Assembly (NCBI GenBank): GCA_022798855.1
Contig: JAAWNI010000001.1
Span: forward strand, 1 to 48,493
Length of the DNA: 48,493 bases
Direction: 5' to 3'
Origin: Lawsonibacter sp.
GTDB lineage: Bacteria; Bacillota; Clostridia; Oscillospirales; Oscillospiraceae
In this document: positions 30,341-41,081 of the stretch, in pieces
Layout: each line of letters opens with the position of its first letter
Numbering within the stretch: position 1 is the stretch's first letter
Notes under the pieces: model-generated
What the model saw: only the letters and a program-made list of their open reading frames with translations
The model's database searches: none
Told to the model about the DNA's origin: nothing
Position numbers and translations under genes: made by a program

Positions 30341-30348
30341 AACAGACT

Positions 30349-30714
30349 CTAGTCCAGCCAATCTAAAGGCGCGTCATCCTGAAACGGCCGCTTCCAGTAG
30401 ACCTCATTTTTCTGCGCCCGCAACAGCAGTTCCTTTTTCCGTCTCAACAGCTCCCTGTCCATCCTGGAAATATATATCGCGGCGCCGATCTGGCAGTCCG
30501 AGCCGTCATAATCCTCATTCAGCAGGAAATCGAATAAAAGCTCAGCTAAACGATCATCGCTTCGATATCCTGCCATGAACTCGTCAATATATTGCTCAAA
30601 ACCACGGATACAGCTGTATATCATGTATCCCTGCAAAATTTCTTTATTCCAGATTCCGCTTTCCATTGGACAGCACGCTTTTAGTTCCTCTAAATTTTTG
30701 AAGTATGTATACAT
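30349..30714 (-). CDS. hypothetical protein
   Basis: 121-aa low-GC ORF. Confidence 0.7.
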   Translation of the reverse strand: MYTYFKNLEELKACCPMESGIWNKEILQGYMIYSCIRGFEQYIDEFMAGYRSDDRLAELLFDFLLNEDYDGSDCQIGAAIYISRMDRELLRRKKELLLRAQKNEVYWKRPFQDDAPLDWLD

Positions 30715-30720
30715 GGCCTA

Positions 30721-31245
30721 TCAACCCCTTGGAGCGTTTCGGCTGTAAATCAGCTCCGCGAACTGCCCGTACCGCTTTACCTCGTCCAGGCGGAACCGCA
30801 TTTGGCCCTCTTTCTGGGTGAACAGCGGTATCCCCTCCCCCAGCAGGACGGGAGCGACCTGGACAATCAAATGGTCCACCGTGTCCCGCTCCAGCAGCGG
30901 GGCCAGGATGGTGTTTCCGCCGATGATCCAGATGTTCTTGTCCGGCCCCAGGCCCGACACAAACTCCGCGACATCTCCCCCCACCGGGATAAATCCCTTA
31001 TGTGGCAGGCTGCCGGCGTGGGTGAAGACATAGTTTTCCGTGGTGGGGTAGACGCTGGCGGCATCCTCCAGCCGGGCGACCTCCTCAAAGGTCCGCCTGC
31101 CCATAATGGCAACGTCCATCGCCTGATAGAAGCGATCGCAGTCCGTCTCCTCTGGGCTGCCCGTCTCGTGGAGCCAGGACAGCCCATGGTTTTTGTCGGC
31201 CAGATAGCCGTCCAGGGTGACGCAGCCGTAGAAAAATACGCTCAT
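30721..31245 (-). CDS. dihydrofolate reductase family (RibD C-terminal-like) protein
   Basis: TLDGYLA, IMGRRTF, IWIIGG, APVLLGEGIPLF. Confidence 0.9.
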   Translation of the reverse strand: MSVFFYGCVTLDGYLADKNHGLSWLHETGSPEETDCDRFYQAMDVAIMGRRTFEEVARLEDAASVYPTTENYVFTHAGSLPHKGFIPVGGDVAEFVSGLGPDKNIWIIGGNTILAPLLERDTVDHLIVQVAPVLLGEGIPLFTQKEGQMRFRLDEVKRYGQFAELIYSRNAPRG

Positions 31246-31315
31246 AATCCTCCTTTTGACTGCGCTGCACAATGCTTTCGCCCAGGAAAATTTTGGGCAT
31301 CGCAGAAAAATCCGT

Positions 31316-31936
31316 TCACGATTCCGGCCTGAATTTTGTGATATCCGCCAGAGGAAGCGTCAGCAGTTCCTCGCCCCAGGGCATTGAGACATGCAATATA
31401 TTCCCGTCTGTGATTTCGGAGGCGTAAGAGGGGCCGTCTATCTCCTCCTCCCAGGCTTCGGACGGATAGACATGAAATTTATGCCTGCTGAGCGATTGGG
31501 ATTCCACATCCAGGATATTGATTTCTCCGTACTCGAAATAAGGAGCGCCCTCCTCATCTTGATAGGCGTCTTCTACATACCAGGGTCCAAAGCCACCCAG
31601 CAGGGACTGAAAAAGGACCTTTTCGTCATGGGAAAACAGGTAGCCCGCCCCCTCGCCGTAGAAGTATTCCGAGTCAAACAGCGGAACCAGGCGGCTGTCC
31701 TCGATTTGGAACAGGCTGAAACCCTCTTCGCTTTCTCCCGAGAAAAAGGAAAAAATCAAATACCGCTCAGAGGGCGACAGCAGAAGCGTCCCGCCGCCAT
31801 AACCACCCGATGGGCAGGTAAAGGAATGCGAGTATATGACCTCATGCTTGGAGCGGAGTAACAGCGAAATGTCCTCATCGTCTTGCAGGAGGATTTCCCG
31901 CCCATCGCTCAGCGTGAGGTGCGTTCCTTCTTTCAT
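31316..31936 (-). CDS. hypothetical acidic beta-rich protein
   Basis: ORF with GAGGGGG RBS after the malic enzyme gene; LSPSERYL motif. Confidence 0.7.
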   Translation of the reverse strand: MKEGTHLTLSDGREILLQDDEDISLLLRSKHEVIYSHSFTCPSGGYGGGTLLLSPSERYLIFSFFSGESEEGFSLFQIEDSRLVPLFDSEYFYGEGAGYLFSHDEKVLFQSLLGGFGPWYVEDAYQDEEGAPYFEYGEINILDVESQSLSRHKFHVYPSEAWEEEIDGPSYASEITDGNILHVSMPWGEELLTLPLADITKFRPES

Positions 31937-31954
31937 TGACGTGCCCCCTCTCAA

Positions 31955-33127
<1,173 letters not shown>

Positions 33128-33185
33128 GGGCTTATCTCCTCCTGAATTTCATGTGGGTATAGCATTTCCATTTTTCAAACGGCAC

Positions 33186-33327
33186 CTATAGCAATCGTCT
33201 AAATTACCAACAGCGATTTTGTAGGGGCGGGTAATACCCGCCCGTTCAGAAAGATTACGCCATGCTGTCCTGCGGGCGGATGATATCCGCCCCTACCACG
33301 TGTCACGTATTTTGACGATTGCTATAG
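33186..33327. repeat. composite element: GTAG-type REP doublet nested inside terminal inverted repeats
   Basis: outer IR CTATAGCAATCGTC/GACGATTGCTATAG; inner GTAGGGGCGGGTAATACCCGCCCG (33221-33244) and CGGGCGGATGATATCCGCCCCTAC (33273-33296). Confidence 0.75.
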
Positions 33328-33451
33328 TTTCCTCTAATCTTCATTATACTAATCTTTGACAAAAACGCAATACCCCATTTGTTTCTACCGGGTTAATGGC
33401 TTTTTCCCGACAATTCTCCGCTTTTTTGCGCCGTTTTTATCATTTTAGCTG

Positions 33452-33480
33452 TTGACGCGCGGGGGTAATTCTGGTAGAAT
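33452..33480 (+). promoter_or_regulatory. sigma-A promoter of the NSS transporter
   Basis: TTGACG-N17-TAGAAT with TG extended -10. Confidence 0.7.
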
Positions 33481-33533
33481 GTCGTTTAACTACTCTGAAA
33501 TGTGTGTAAAAAAATGGAATTAAGGAGGAACTT

Positions 33534-34967
33534 ATGGAAAAACATCACAGAGGAGAATGGGGCAGCAACTTGGGCTTCCTGATGGCTGCGGTGGGCTCCG
33601 CCGTGGGCCTGGGCAACATCTGGGCCTTCCCTTATAAAATGGGCAACAATGGCGGTTTCGCTTTTCTTGTCGTTTATCTGATCCTGGCCGCCACGGTGGG
33701 CTTCAGCATCATGCTGTGTGAGCTGGCCATCGGCCGGAGGGCGGGCCGGAGCGTGCTGGTGAGCTATCAGCAGGCGGGCGGCAGAATGGGCACCTTCCTG
33801 GGCTTTTTGGCCATGCTCTCCCCCTTCCTGATTTTGAGCTTCTACACCGTGCTGGGCGCCTACTGCATGGAGTATATGTCCCTGAATCTGGCCGACCTGG
33901 CCTTTGGCGTGGCCGCTATGGCGGGCATGTCCGGCGGCGCCACCTTTGAGTCCATGCTCACCAACCAGTTCGGCTCCGTGGCCTTTACCTTCCTTTTCGT
34001 TTTCATCTGCTTCCTCATTATCCGGGGCGGCATCAAGGACGGCATTGAGAAGTTCAACAAGGTCGGCATGCCTGCCCTGTTCATCATGCTGGTCATCGTC
34101 ATTGTCCGGTCCGTCACCCTGCCTGGGGCCGGCGATGGACTGCGCTTTATGTTCTCACCCAACTTCGCCCCCTTCCAAGAGGATTTCCTGGGCGTGCTCT
34201 CCGCCGCCGGCGGGCAGATGTTCTTCTCCCTGTCCCTGGCTATGGGCATCACCGTCACCTACGGCTCCTACCTGAGCAAGAAGGAGAGCCTGGTGAAGAA
34301 CTCCCTGATTATCATTATCTCCGACACCATTGTGGCTATTATGGCCGGTATGGCCGTTCTGCCCGCCGCCTTCGCGCTGGGCGGGGCCGGCGCGGAGAAA
34401 AAGGGCCCCAAGCTTCTGTTCATCACCCTTCAAGACGTGTTCAACGCCATGGGCCCCACCGGCCCCATCTTTGGTGTGCTGTTCTACCTGTTGGTAATCC
34501 TGGCCGCCATTACCTCCGCCATTGCCCTGCTGGAGGTGCTGGCCACCTTCCTGTCCGACCGTGCCGCTCTGAAAGGACACACCCCCGACCGGAAGAAGCT
34601 GGTTACCATCGTCTGCCTGGTGGTCTTCGCCGAGGCCACGCTGGTAGCCGCCGACGGCCTGGGCTCCAACGGCCTTTGGATTCCCTTCCATGAGACAGGG
34701 CGGAACCTGGGCGGCTCCTGGCTGGACTTTATGGACTTCATCTCCGAGGGCGTGGCGATGCCTTTGGGCGCCCTGCTTATGTCCATCTGGATCGGCTGGT
34801 TTGTGGGCCCCAAGCTGGTCCGGGACGAGGTGGACCTGGAGGGCCACAAAATGAGCGGCAGCCTGTATGGTTTCTTTAACTTCTGCATCAAATTCATCGT
34901 CCCTGTCGCCATGGCGTTTATCCTCTATGGCATGGTGGCCGATTTCATGACGATTCCCAAACCTTGA
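33534..34967 (+). CDS. sodium-dependent transporter, NSS (LeuT-like) family
   Basis: GSAVGLGNIWAFPY, NGGFAF, GQMFFSLSL, YGSY. Confidence 0.95.
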   Translation: MEKHHRGEWGSNLGFLMAAVGSAVGLGNIWAFPYKMGNNGGFAFLVVYLILAATVGFSIMLCELAIGRRAGRSVLVSYQQAGGRMGTFLGFLAMLSPFLILSFYTVLGAYCMEYMSLNLADLAFGVAAMAGMSGGATFESMLTNQFGSVAFTFLFVFICFLIIRGGIKDGIEKFNKVGMPALFIMLVIVIVRSVTLPGAGDGLRFMFSPNFAPFQEDFLGVLSAAGGQMFFSLSLAMGITVTYGSYLSKKESLVKNSLIIIISDTIVAIMAGMAVLPAAFALGGAGAEKKGPKLLFITLQDVFNAMGPTGPIFGVLFYLLVILAAITSAIALLEVLATFLSDRAALKGHTPDRKKLVTIVCLVVFAEATLVAADGLGSNGLWIPFHETGRNLGGSWLDFMDFISEGVAMPLGALLMSIWIGWFVGPKLVRDEVDLEGHKMSGSLYGFFNFCIKFIVPVAMAFILYGMVADFMTIPKP

Positions 34968-34979
34968 CCAAAAATTTCG

Positions 34980-35013
34980 GGGCGCGCAGCTTGATTGCTG
35001 CGCGCCCTGTTTT
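34980..35013 (+). terminator. intrinsic (probably bidirectional) terminator
   Basis: GGGCGCGCAGC...GCTGCGCGCCC followed by TGTTTT. Confidence 0.7.
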
Positions 35014-35017
35014 GTCT

Positions 35018-35225
35018 TCAAAAATAGCGTCTGACTTCCCTCGTATATTGTGTGTACGCCTGGCCGAACCGCTCGGTACACCAAGCTTCCTCCGCCAGTA
35101 TCAGCCAGTGGCCCGATATCTGGAAGGCCGCCGCCGCCTCGAACAGAACCGGCGACCGGGTGAGAAGTACGCACCCCATAAAGCATACAAAATAGGCCGC
35201 GTACATGGGGGTGTGGAATGAGCCC
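35018..35225 (-). pseudogene. C-terminal fragment of an ICMT/PEMT-family membrane methyltransferase
   Basis: PMYAAYF...EEAWCTERFGQAYTQYTREVRRYF with no N-terminal half. Confidence 0.7.
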
Positions 35226-35227
35226 TA

Positions 35228-36925
35228 TTATTTTTTCCCCGCTTTTTTTCGATAGCCCTCCGCCTGATCCAATAGCTCCGACGCGCTTTTGCGCAGGGAG
35301 TCGGTGACAGCGGCCCCGCCGATGAGCCGGGCCAGCTCGTCCACCCTGTCCGGGCGCTCCAGCCACGCCACCTGGGTATAGGTGCGGCCCTTCTCCTCCC
35401 CCTTCTCCACCATAAAGTGGACGTCGGCCATAGCGGCGATCTGGGGCAGATGGGTGACGCACAGCACCTGCTTGCGCCGGGCCACGTCGGCCATTTTCTC
35501 GGCCACCTTCTGGGCCGCCCGGCCAGACACGCCGGTGTCCACCTCGTCGAACACCAAACTGCCGATGCCATCGTCCTCGGCCAGCACGTTTTTCAGGGCC
35601 AGCATGATTCGGGCCAGTTCGCCGCCGGAGGCCACCTTTTGAATGGGCTTGAGGGCTTCGCCCAGGTTGGCGGACATGAGGAACTGCACCTGATCCATCC
35701 CGGTGTCGTCCATTCCGTCCTGGCCAGGGTTGGGGGCGAACTCCGTGACAAACTGGACCTTGGGCATATCCAGCTGGCGCAGCTCCTCCTGCACCCGCTT
35801 CTGGAGGTTGTCCGCCGCCTTCCTCCGGGCCTTGGACAGCTCCCCTCCCCTCTTTTGGGACTCTGTCCGGGCCTTGGACAGCTCCTTTTCCAGCTTCTGG
35901 ATGGTGTCGTCGGCGTCCTGGATCTGTTCCAGCTCCGCCCTGCATTTTTCCAGATAATCCAGCATTTCGGCCACCGTAGGGCCATATTTCTTTTTCAGAC
36001 GGTAGATCACGTCCAGCCGGCCCTCCAGCTGGTCCAGCTCCTCCGGGGAGAAGTCGAACTCGTCGGCAAAATCCCGGACGCACTCCGCCGCGTCGTCGGC
36101 GGCATAGCGCAGGCTGGTAAGCTTCTCCCCCAGCGTCTCCAGCTGGGGCCCCAGCCGGGCCACGGAGCGGACGGCCCCCTCCGCTTCGCTGATGAGGTCG
36201 CAGGCCCCCCTGCTGTCCTCCCCGCCGGACAGGGCGAACTGGGCTTCCTGGATGGCCTCCATCAGCTTGCCCGAGCTGCGGAGCAGGTTCTTTCGGGCGT
36301 CCAGCTCCTCGTCCTCCCCCGGCCGCAGCTCGGCGCGCTCCAGCTCCTTGATCTGATACTCCAATGTGTCCACCCGGCGGGAGCGCTCCGCTTCGTCCAT
36401 CTCCAGCCCGGCGATCCGCCTGCGCAGGCCGGCCATGGTGTGGTAGGCCGTCTGGTAGGACTCCAGCAGGCCGCCGGTCTTGCCGAAGCTGTCCAGATAG
36501 CCCAGGTGGCACTCCGGGTCCAGCAGCTGCTGCCCGTCGTGCTGGCCGTGGATGTTCAGCAGCTGGCGCCCCAGCTCCCGAAGCTGAGCCACCGTCACCG
36601 GCCGGCCGTTGACCCGGCACAGGTTCTTTCCATCGCCGCGGATCTCCCGCTGGAGCAGCAGCTCCTCCTCTTGCGGGCCCAGGCCGTTGTCCTCCAGCCA
36701 GGGCAGCTGGGGCAGGCCGGTGAAAACAGCGGTGACATGGGCCGACTTGGCTCCGGTGCGGATCAGCTCCCGGCTGGTCCGCTCCCCCAAAACAGCGCTG
36801 ATGGCGTCGATGACAATGGATTTGCCCGCGCCAGTCTCGCCGGTGAGGACGTTGAAGCCCCCGCCGAACTGGATGTCCACCGACTCAATGATGGCGATAT
36901 TCTCGATGTGAAGCAATGAGAGCAT
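35228..36925 (-). CDS. recN: DNA repair protein RecN
   Basis: TGETGAGKS, IHGQHD, ASGGELAR, FDEVDTG, VTHLPQ. Confidence 0.97.
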   Translation of the reverse strand: MLSLLHIENIAIIESVDIQFGGGFNVLTGETGAGKSIVIDAISAVLGERTSRELIRTGAKSAHVTAVFTGLPQLPWLEDNGLGPQEEELLLQREIRGDGKNLCRVNGRPVTVAQLRELGRQLLNIHGQHDGQQLLDPECHLGYLDSFGKTGGLLESYQTAYHTMAGLRRRIAGLEMDEAERSRRVDTLEYQIKELERAELRPGEDEELDARKNLLRSSGKLMEAIQEAQFALSGGEDSRGACDLISEAEGAVRSVARLGPQLETLGEKLTSLRYAADDAAECVRDFADEFDFSPEELDQLEGRLDVIYRLKKKYGPTVAEMLDYLEKCRAELEQIQDADDTIQKLEKELSKARTESQKRGGELSKARRKAADNLQKRVQEELRQLDMPKVQFVTEFAPNPGQDGMDDTGMDQVQFLMSANLGEALKPIQKVASGGELARIMLALKNVLAEDDGIGSLVFDEVDTGVSGRAAQKVAEKMADVARRKQVLCVTHLPQIAAMADVHFMVEKGEEKGRTYTQVAWLERPDRVDELARLIGGAAVTDSLRKSASELLDQAEGYRKKAGKK

Positions 36926-36938
36926 GATTGGTTCCTCC

Positions 36939-37015
36939 TCTGCGTGTTCTTTTCTTTTGTGTACAAAAGAAAAGAACCAAAAGAAAAAACTTTGGGAAAA
37001 ACTTCGTTTTTCCTC
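36939..37015 (-). repeat. two-hairpin dispersed repeat, copy 2
   Basis: GAGGAAAAACGAAGTTTTTCCCAAAGTTTTTTCTTTTGGTTCTTTTCTTTTGTACACAAAAGAAAAGAACACGCAG, abutting the recN RBS. Confidence 0.8.
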
Positions 37016-37074
37016 TGGGAATAATCTACTGGTTTTGGTTTTTTGGAGCAAACGAGGGGTAAGAGGAAAAATCG

Positions 37075-37527
37075 TCAGCGCAGCAGCTTATGCACCTCGC
37101 CGCTGAACTGCTGGGCGGAGGAGTTGTCCCGCATGATCAGAATACCGGTATCATCCCCGGCCAGCGTCCCAACCATCCCCTCAATCTCCATATTGTCCAG
37201 CGCCGAACAGGCCGCCGAAGCCAGGCCGGGCATGGTGCGGACCACCACAATATTCTGGGCCACATCCACCGAGATGACCCCCTCCTTGAAGATATTGCGC
37301 AGGCGGGTATCGGAGGTGGAAGCGGTCTTTCGGTCGGATTGGGCGTAGCGGTAGCCCCCGGAGCCGGTGAGCTCCTTCACCAGCCGAAGCTCCTTGATGT
37401 CCCGGGAAATGGTGGCCTGAGTGGTGACAAATCCTCGGGATTTCAGCTCTTCCAGAAGCTGCTCCTGGGTTTCCACGTCCTGGGACTGCACAATTTTGAT
37501 GATTTCATTCTGCCGCGTGTTTTTCAT
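37075..37527 (-). CDS. argR: arginine repressor
   Basis: TQATISRDIKEL, GTLAGDDT. Confidence 0.96.
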   Translation of the reverse strand: MKNTRQNEIIKIVQSQDVETQEQLLEELKSRGFVTTQATISRDIKELRLVKELTGSGGYRYAQSDRKTASTSDTRLRNIFKEGVISVDVAQNIVVVRTMPGLASAACSALDNMEIEGMVGTLAGDDTGILIMRDNSSAQQFSGEVHKLLR

Positions 37528-38396
37528 GGCGCCACTCCTCCAAGTTTCTGGTTGATTACCTGGTAAAAGCTGCGGTCGGCCAGACGGAGGAGCTGGGTGC
37601 ACCGCGTTCCCTGGCGGACCTCCACCCTGTCGCCCCCTGACAGCCGGACGGCCTTTCCCCCGTCAACTGACAAGTATAAATACTTGCGGTTCCCTCTGGG
37701 GAGCTGGACTGTGACAATCCGCTCCGGAGCCAGAACCATGGCTCTGGCAGCCAGCTGATGGGCGCAGACAGGGGTGACAATAATGCTTTTGGAGGTGGGC
37801 TCCACAATGGGCCCGCCCGCCGACATGGAGTAGGCCGTGGAGCCGGTAGGGGTGGCCACAATGATGCCGTCCCCTGTAATGGAGGTTACCTTTACACGGT
37901 CCGCCAACACCTCCATTTCGGCCACCCGGGCCATGGAGCCCTTGGAGATGACGGCATCGTTGAGGGCCAGGTCCTGGCTGATTATCTTATCGCCCCTCAG
38001 CACCTTCACGTCCAGCATCATCCGCTCCTCGATGGTGTACATCCCATGGGCCAGCGGGGCCAGCAGCGACAGTTCACTCCGCTCCAGCTCGGCCATAAAG
38101 CCAACACTGCCGGTGTTGACCCCCAGAATGGGCACCCCGTGGAGGGTGGCGTCCCGGGCCGCATGGAGGATGGTTCCATCTCCGCCAAAGCAGATCAGCA
38201 GGTCGGCGGTGGGCAGCTCTTGGTCCAGCGTGGACAGTACGGCCTGCTTAGGCAGGTCCAGCCTGTCCCCTTTTCTGGGCTGAAAGGGCAGGCACAGCAC
38301 CGTCTGAGCGTCGGCGTGCTCCAGAATCCGCCGGGCCTCCAAGGCGACCCGCAGCCCTTTGTCCCGGTAGGGGTTGGAGCTGAGTACAATTTTCAC
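37524..38396 (-). CDS. nadK: NAD(+) kinase
   Basis: GGDGTIL, ALND, TPTGSTAYSMSAGGP. Confidence 0.95.
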   Translation of the reverse strand: MKIVLSSNPYRDKGLRVALEARRILEHADAQTVLCLPFQPRKGDRLDLPKQAVLSTLDQELPTADLLICFGGDGTILHAARDATLHGVPILGVNTGSVGFMAELERSELSLLAPLAHGMYTIEERMMLDVKVLRGDKIISQDLALNDAVISKGSMARVAEMEVLADRVKVTSITGDGIIVATPTGSTAYSMSAGGPIVEPTSKSIIVTPVCAHQLAARAMVLAPERIVTVQLPRGNRKYLYLSVDGGKAVRLSGGDRVEVRQGTRCTQLLRLADRSFYQVINQKLGGVAP

Positions 38397-39205
38397 CGAG
38401 CTTCCTCCTTCCAGGCGCTGTGTGACTGCTCCACCAGGGCTTTCAGGTCCCCCGTGTAATTGGGGCCCTCCCCCGCCTGGAGATAGCCCAGATACTCAAT
38501 GTTGCCCTCCGGACCTTTGATGGGTGAAAAGGTAATATCCTTTACAGTAAATCCGGCACAGGCGGCGTGGTCCAAAAAGTGTTCCAGGACCTCCAGATGG
38601 ATGGCCGGGTCCCGGACCACACCCTTTTTCCCCACCTTATCCTTGCCCGCTTCAAACTGAGGTTTTACCAAGCACACCGCCTGCCCCTCCGGCCTCATCA
38701 GGGGGCGCAGGGCGGGCAGGATCAGGTTCAGCGAGATAAAGGAGACGTCCACCGAAAAGAAATCCAGCGGCTCCGGGATCTGCTCCTTAGTGAGATAGCG
38801 GGCGTTGGTGCGCTCCATACACAGCACCTGGGGATGGCTGCGCAGCCGCCAGTCCAGCTGGTTGTACCCCACATCCACAGCGTACACCAGTTTGGCGCCG
38901 TTTTGCAGCATACAGTCGGTAAAACCCCCAGTGGAGGCGCCGATATCGGCGCATATTTTATCGCTCAGGTGGATAGGCCACAGCTCCATCGCTTTTTCCA
39001 GCTTCAAGCCGCCCCGGCTCACGTAGCGCAAGGGCTTTTTTTCCCGCACCTCGACGGCGTCCTCATCCGCCACGGAGGTCCCGGCTTTCAGCTGCTTCTG
39101 TCCGTTGACATAGACCTCTCCAGCCATAATCAAGGCCTGGGCCTTCTGACGGCTCTCCGCCAGGCCTAGCTCCACCACCGCCACATCAAGACGCCATTTC
39201 GCCAC
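38393..39205 (-). CDS. tlyA: TlyA family rRNA methyltransferase
   Basis: S4 domain, YVSRGGLKL, DIGASTGGFTD, KPQFE, GNIEY. Confidence 0.95.
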   Translation of the reverse strand: MAKWRLDVAVVELGLAESRQKAQALIMAGEVYVNGQKQLKAGTSVADEDAVEVREKKPLRYVSRGGLKLEKAMELWPIHLSDKICADIGASTGGFTDCMLQNGAKLVYAVDVGYNQLDWRLRSHPQVLCMERTNARYLTKEQIPEPLDFFSVDVSFISLNLILPALRPLMRPEGQAVCLVKPQFEAGKDKVGKKGVVRDPAIHLEVLEHFLDHAACAGFTVKDITFSPIKGPEGNIEYLGYLQAGEGPNYTGDLKALVEQSHSAWKEEAR

Positions 39206-41057
39206 GGCCCAACACCTCCAATCCCTTTTTCGCCAGACCGGCTCCGTCCAGAGATACGTCCCGTTTCAACAGATTCGCCGCCCCGTGGGGCACAAAATGG
39301 CGGCCGCAGTTCACCAGGGCCACCTTCGCCGGCAGTCCGGCCACCTCCAGCCGGGCGGCCAGCCGCTGGCCCACACATCCCTTCGCGCTCTGCTCCTCCG
39401 CGACCAGAAGGGCCCCTGTCTTACGGACAGACACCTCGACCAGCTCTGGGACAAGGGGCGTCAACTGATTCAGCTTTACAATCTCCGCCTGGACGCCCTG
39501 GGCTTCCAGCAGCTCCGCGGCTTCCAGTACTTCGTTGATCTCAGTGCCATAGCTGACCAGGGTAATGTCGCTCCCCTGGCGCAAGATGGCGGCCGGGGCT
39601 TCCCCGCAGGTGCCCAGATAGCGCCCACCTTCGCCGCCCCGGGGGTAGCGCACCGCCACCGGGCCGTCTATCCGGAACAGCGCCCGCTCCAGCATGACCT
39701 CCAGCTCGGCGAAGCTGGCGGGGGCCAGCACTGTCATATTGGGTACGCTGTCCAGATAGGCCGCGTCAAAGAGCCCATGATGGGTTTCTCCGTCGTCCCC
39801 CACCAGGCCGGTCCGGTCTACCCCCAGCACGACGTGGAGATTATCAATAGCCGCGTCGTGGAGCAACATGTCGTAGGCCCGCTGGAGGAAGGTGGAGTAC
39901 ACCGCGAACACGGGGATGGCCCCCTGTTTGGCCATGCCCGCCGCCATAGACAGGGCGCAGCCCTCGGCGATTCCCACGTCAAAGAACCGGTCCGGGAACT
40001 GCCGGGCGAACCGCTCCAGGCCCGTCCCGCCGGTCATAGCGGCAGTGATGGCGCACACCCGCCGGTCCTGTCCCGCCAGCCGGGTCAGGGTCCGGCCAAA
40101 GACGGCGGAGAAGTTCTCCCCTCCAACCCGTTTCGGCCGTCCGGTGGTGGGATCGAAGGGGGCGACGCCATGGAATTCGTCTGGATTTTCCTCAGCAGGT
40201 AGAAAGCCTTTTCCCTTTACAGTCTTGACGTGGAGCAGTACCGGCTCGTCCATGTCCCTGGCGTAGCTCAAAATTTTCGTCAGCATAGGCAGGTTGTGCC
40301 CATCCACCGGCCCCAGGTAGCGGAAGCCCATATTCTCAAACATGCTGCAAGGCAGCATACTCTGTTTCAGCGCCTGTTTGACCCGGTGGACTACCCGGTA
40401 GACCACCCGCCCCGGCCCGGTGGCGTTCATAATCCGCCGGTAGTGCTTTTTAAAGGTGAGGTACTGGGGCTTCATCCGCTGCTTGGCCAGATGGTCGGCC
40501 ACCCCGCCCACGTTGGGGGTGATGGACATGCCGTTGTCGTTGAGGATGACCAGCAGCTGCCGGCCGCAGTCCCCGGCGTTGGACAGCCCCTCATAGGCCA
40601 GTCCGCCGGTGAGGGCTCCGTCCCCTATCAGGGCAATCACTCTGTAGCCCTCCCCCAGCATGGTCCGTGCCCGCGCCATTCCCAGGGCCACCGCCACCGA
40701 GTTGGAGGCGTGGCCGGCGATAAAGGCGTCGTGGACGCTCTCCGACGGCTTGGGGAATCCGGCGACGCCGCCGTACTGCCGCAGGGTGGACATGGCCTCC
40801 CTCCGGCCGGTGAGCATCTTGTGGGTGTAGCACTGATGGCCCACGTCAAAGACCAGCCGGTCCACCGAGGTGTCGAAGACCCGGTGGAGGGCTACAGTCA
40901 GCTCCACCGCACCCAGGTTGGAGGCCAGGTGGCCCCCGGTGCTGGACACGTCCTCCACCAGCTCCCGGCGCAGCTGGGCGCACAGTTCCTCTCCCTCCTG
41001 GTCGGTCAGCTGGGCAAGGAGGGGCTTATATTCCTTTTTTGGGGACGATGTTGTCAA
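39186..41057 (-). CDS. dxs: 1-deoxy-D-xylulose-5-phosphate synthase
   Basis: GGHLASNLG, DVGHQ, GDGALTGG...LNDN, DVGIAE, DGETH. Confidence 0.96.
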   Translation of the reverse strand: MTTSSPKKEYKPLLAQLTDQEGEELCAQLRRELVEDVSSTGGHLASNLGAVELTVALHRVFDTSVDRLVFDVGHQCYTHKMLTGRREAMSTLRQYGGVAGFPKPSESVHDAFIAGHASNSVAVALGMARARTMLGEGYRVIALIGDGALTGGLAYEGLSNAGDCGRQLLVILNDNGMSITPNVGGVADHLAKQRMKPQYLTFKKHYRRIMNATGPGRVVYRVVHRVKQALKQSMLPCSMFENMGFRYLGPVDGHNLPMLTKILSYARDMDEPVLLHVKTVKGKGFLPAEENPDEFHGVAPFDPTTGRPKRVGGENFSAVFGRTLTRLAGQDRRVCAITAAMTGGTGLERFARQFPDRFFDVGIAEGCALSMAAGMAKQGAIPVFAVYSTFLQRAYDMLLHDAAIDNLHVVLGVDRTGLVGDDGETHHGLFDAAYLDSVPNMTVLAPASFAELEVMLERALFRIDGPVAVRYPRGGEGGRYLGTCGEAPAAILRQGSDITLVSYGTEINEVLEAAELLEAQGVQAEIVKLNQLTPLVPELVEVSVRKTGALLVAEEQSAKGCVGQRLAARLEVAGLPAKVALVNCGRHFVPHGAANLLKRDVSLDGAGLAKKGLEVLGRGEMAS

Positions 41058-41081
41058 TTTGAGATGCCTCCCAAGGTTGGA

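Noticed and set aside
34155-36620. Long alternative-frame and antisense ORFs (also 75-1415, 3133-4521, 8641-10149, 40230-41864, 45199-47271)
   Set aside because: These are shadows of well-supported genes, caused by high GC and codon bias, and have no recognisable motifs.
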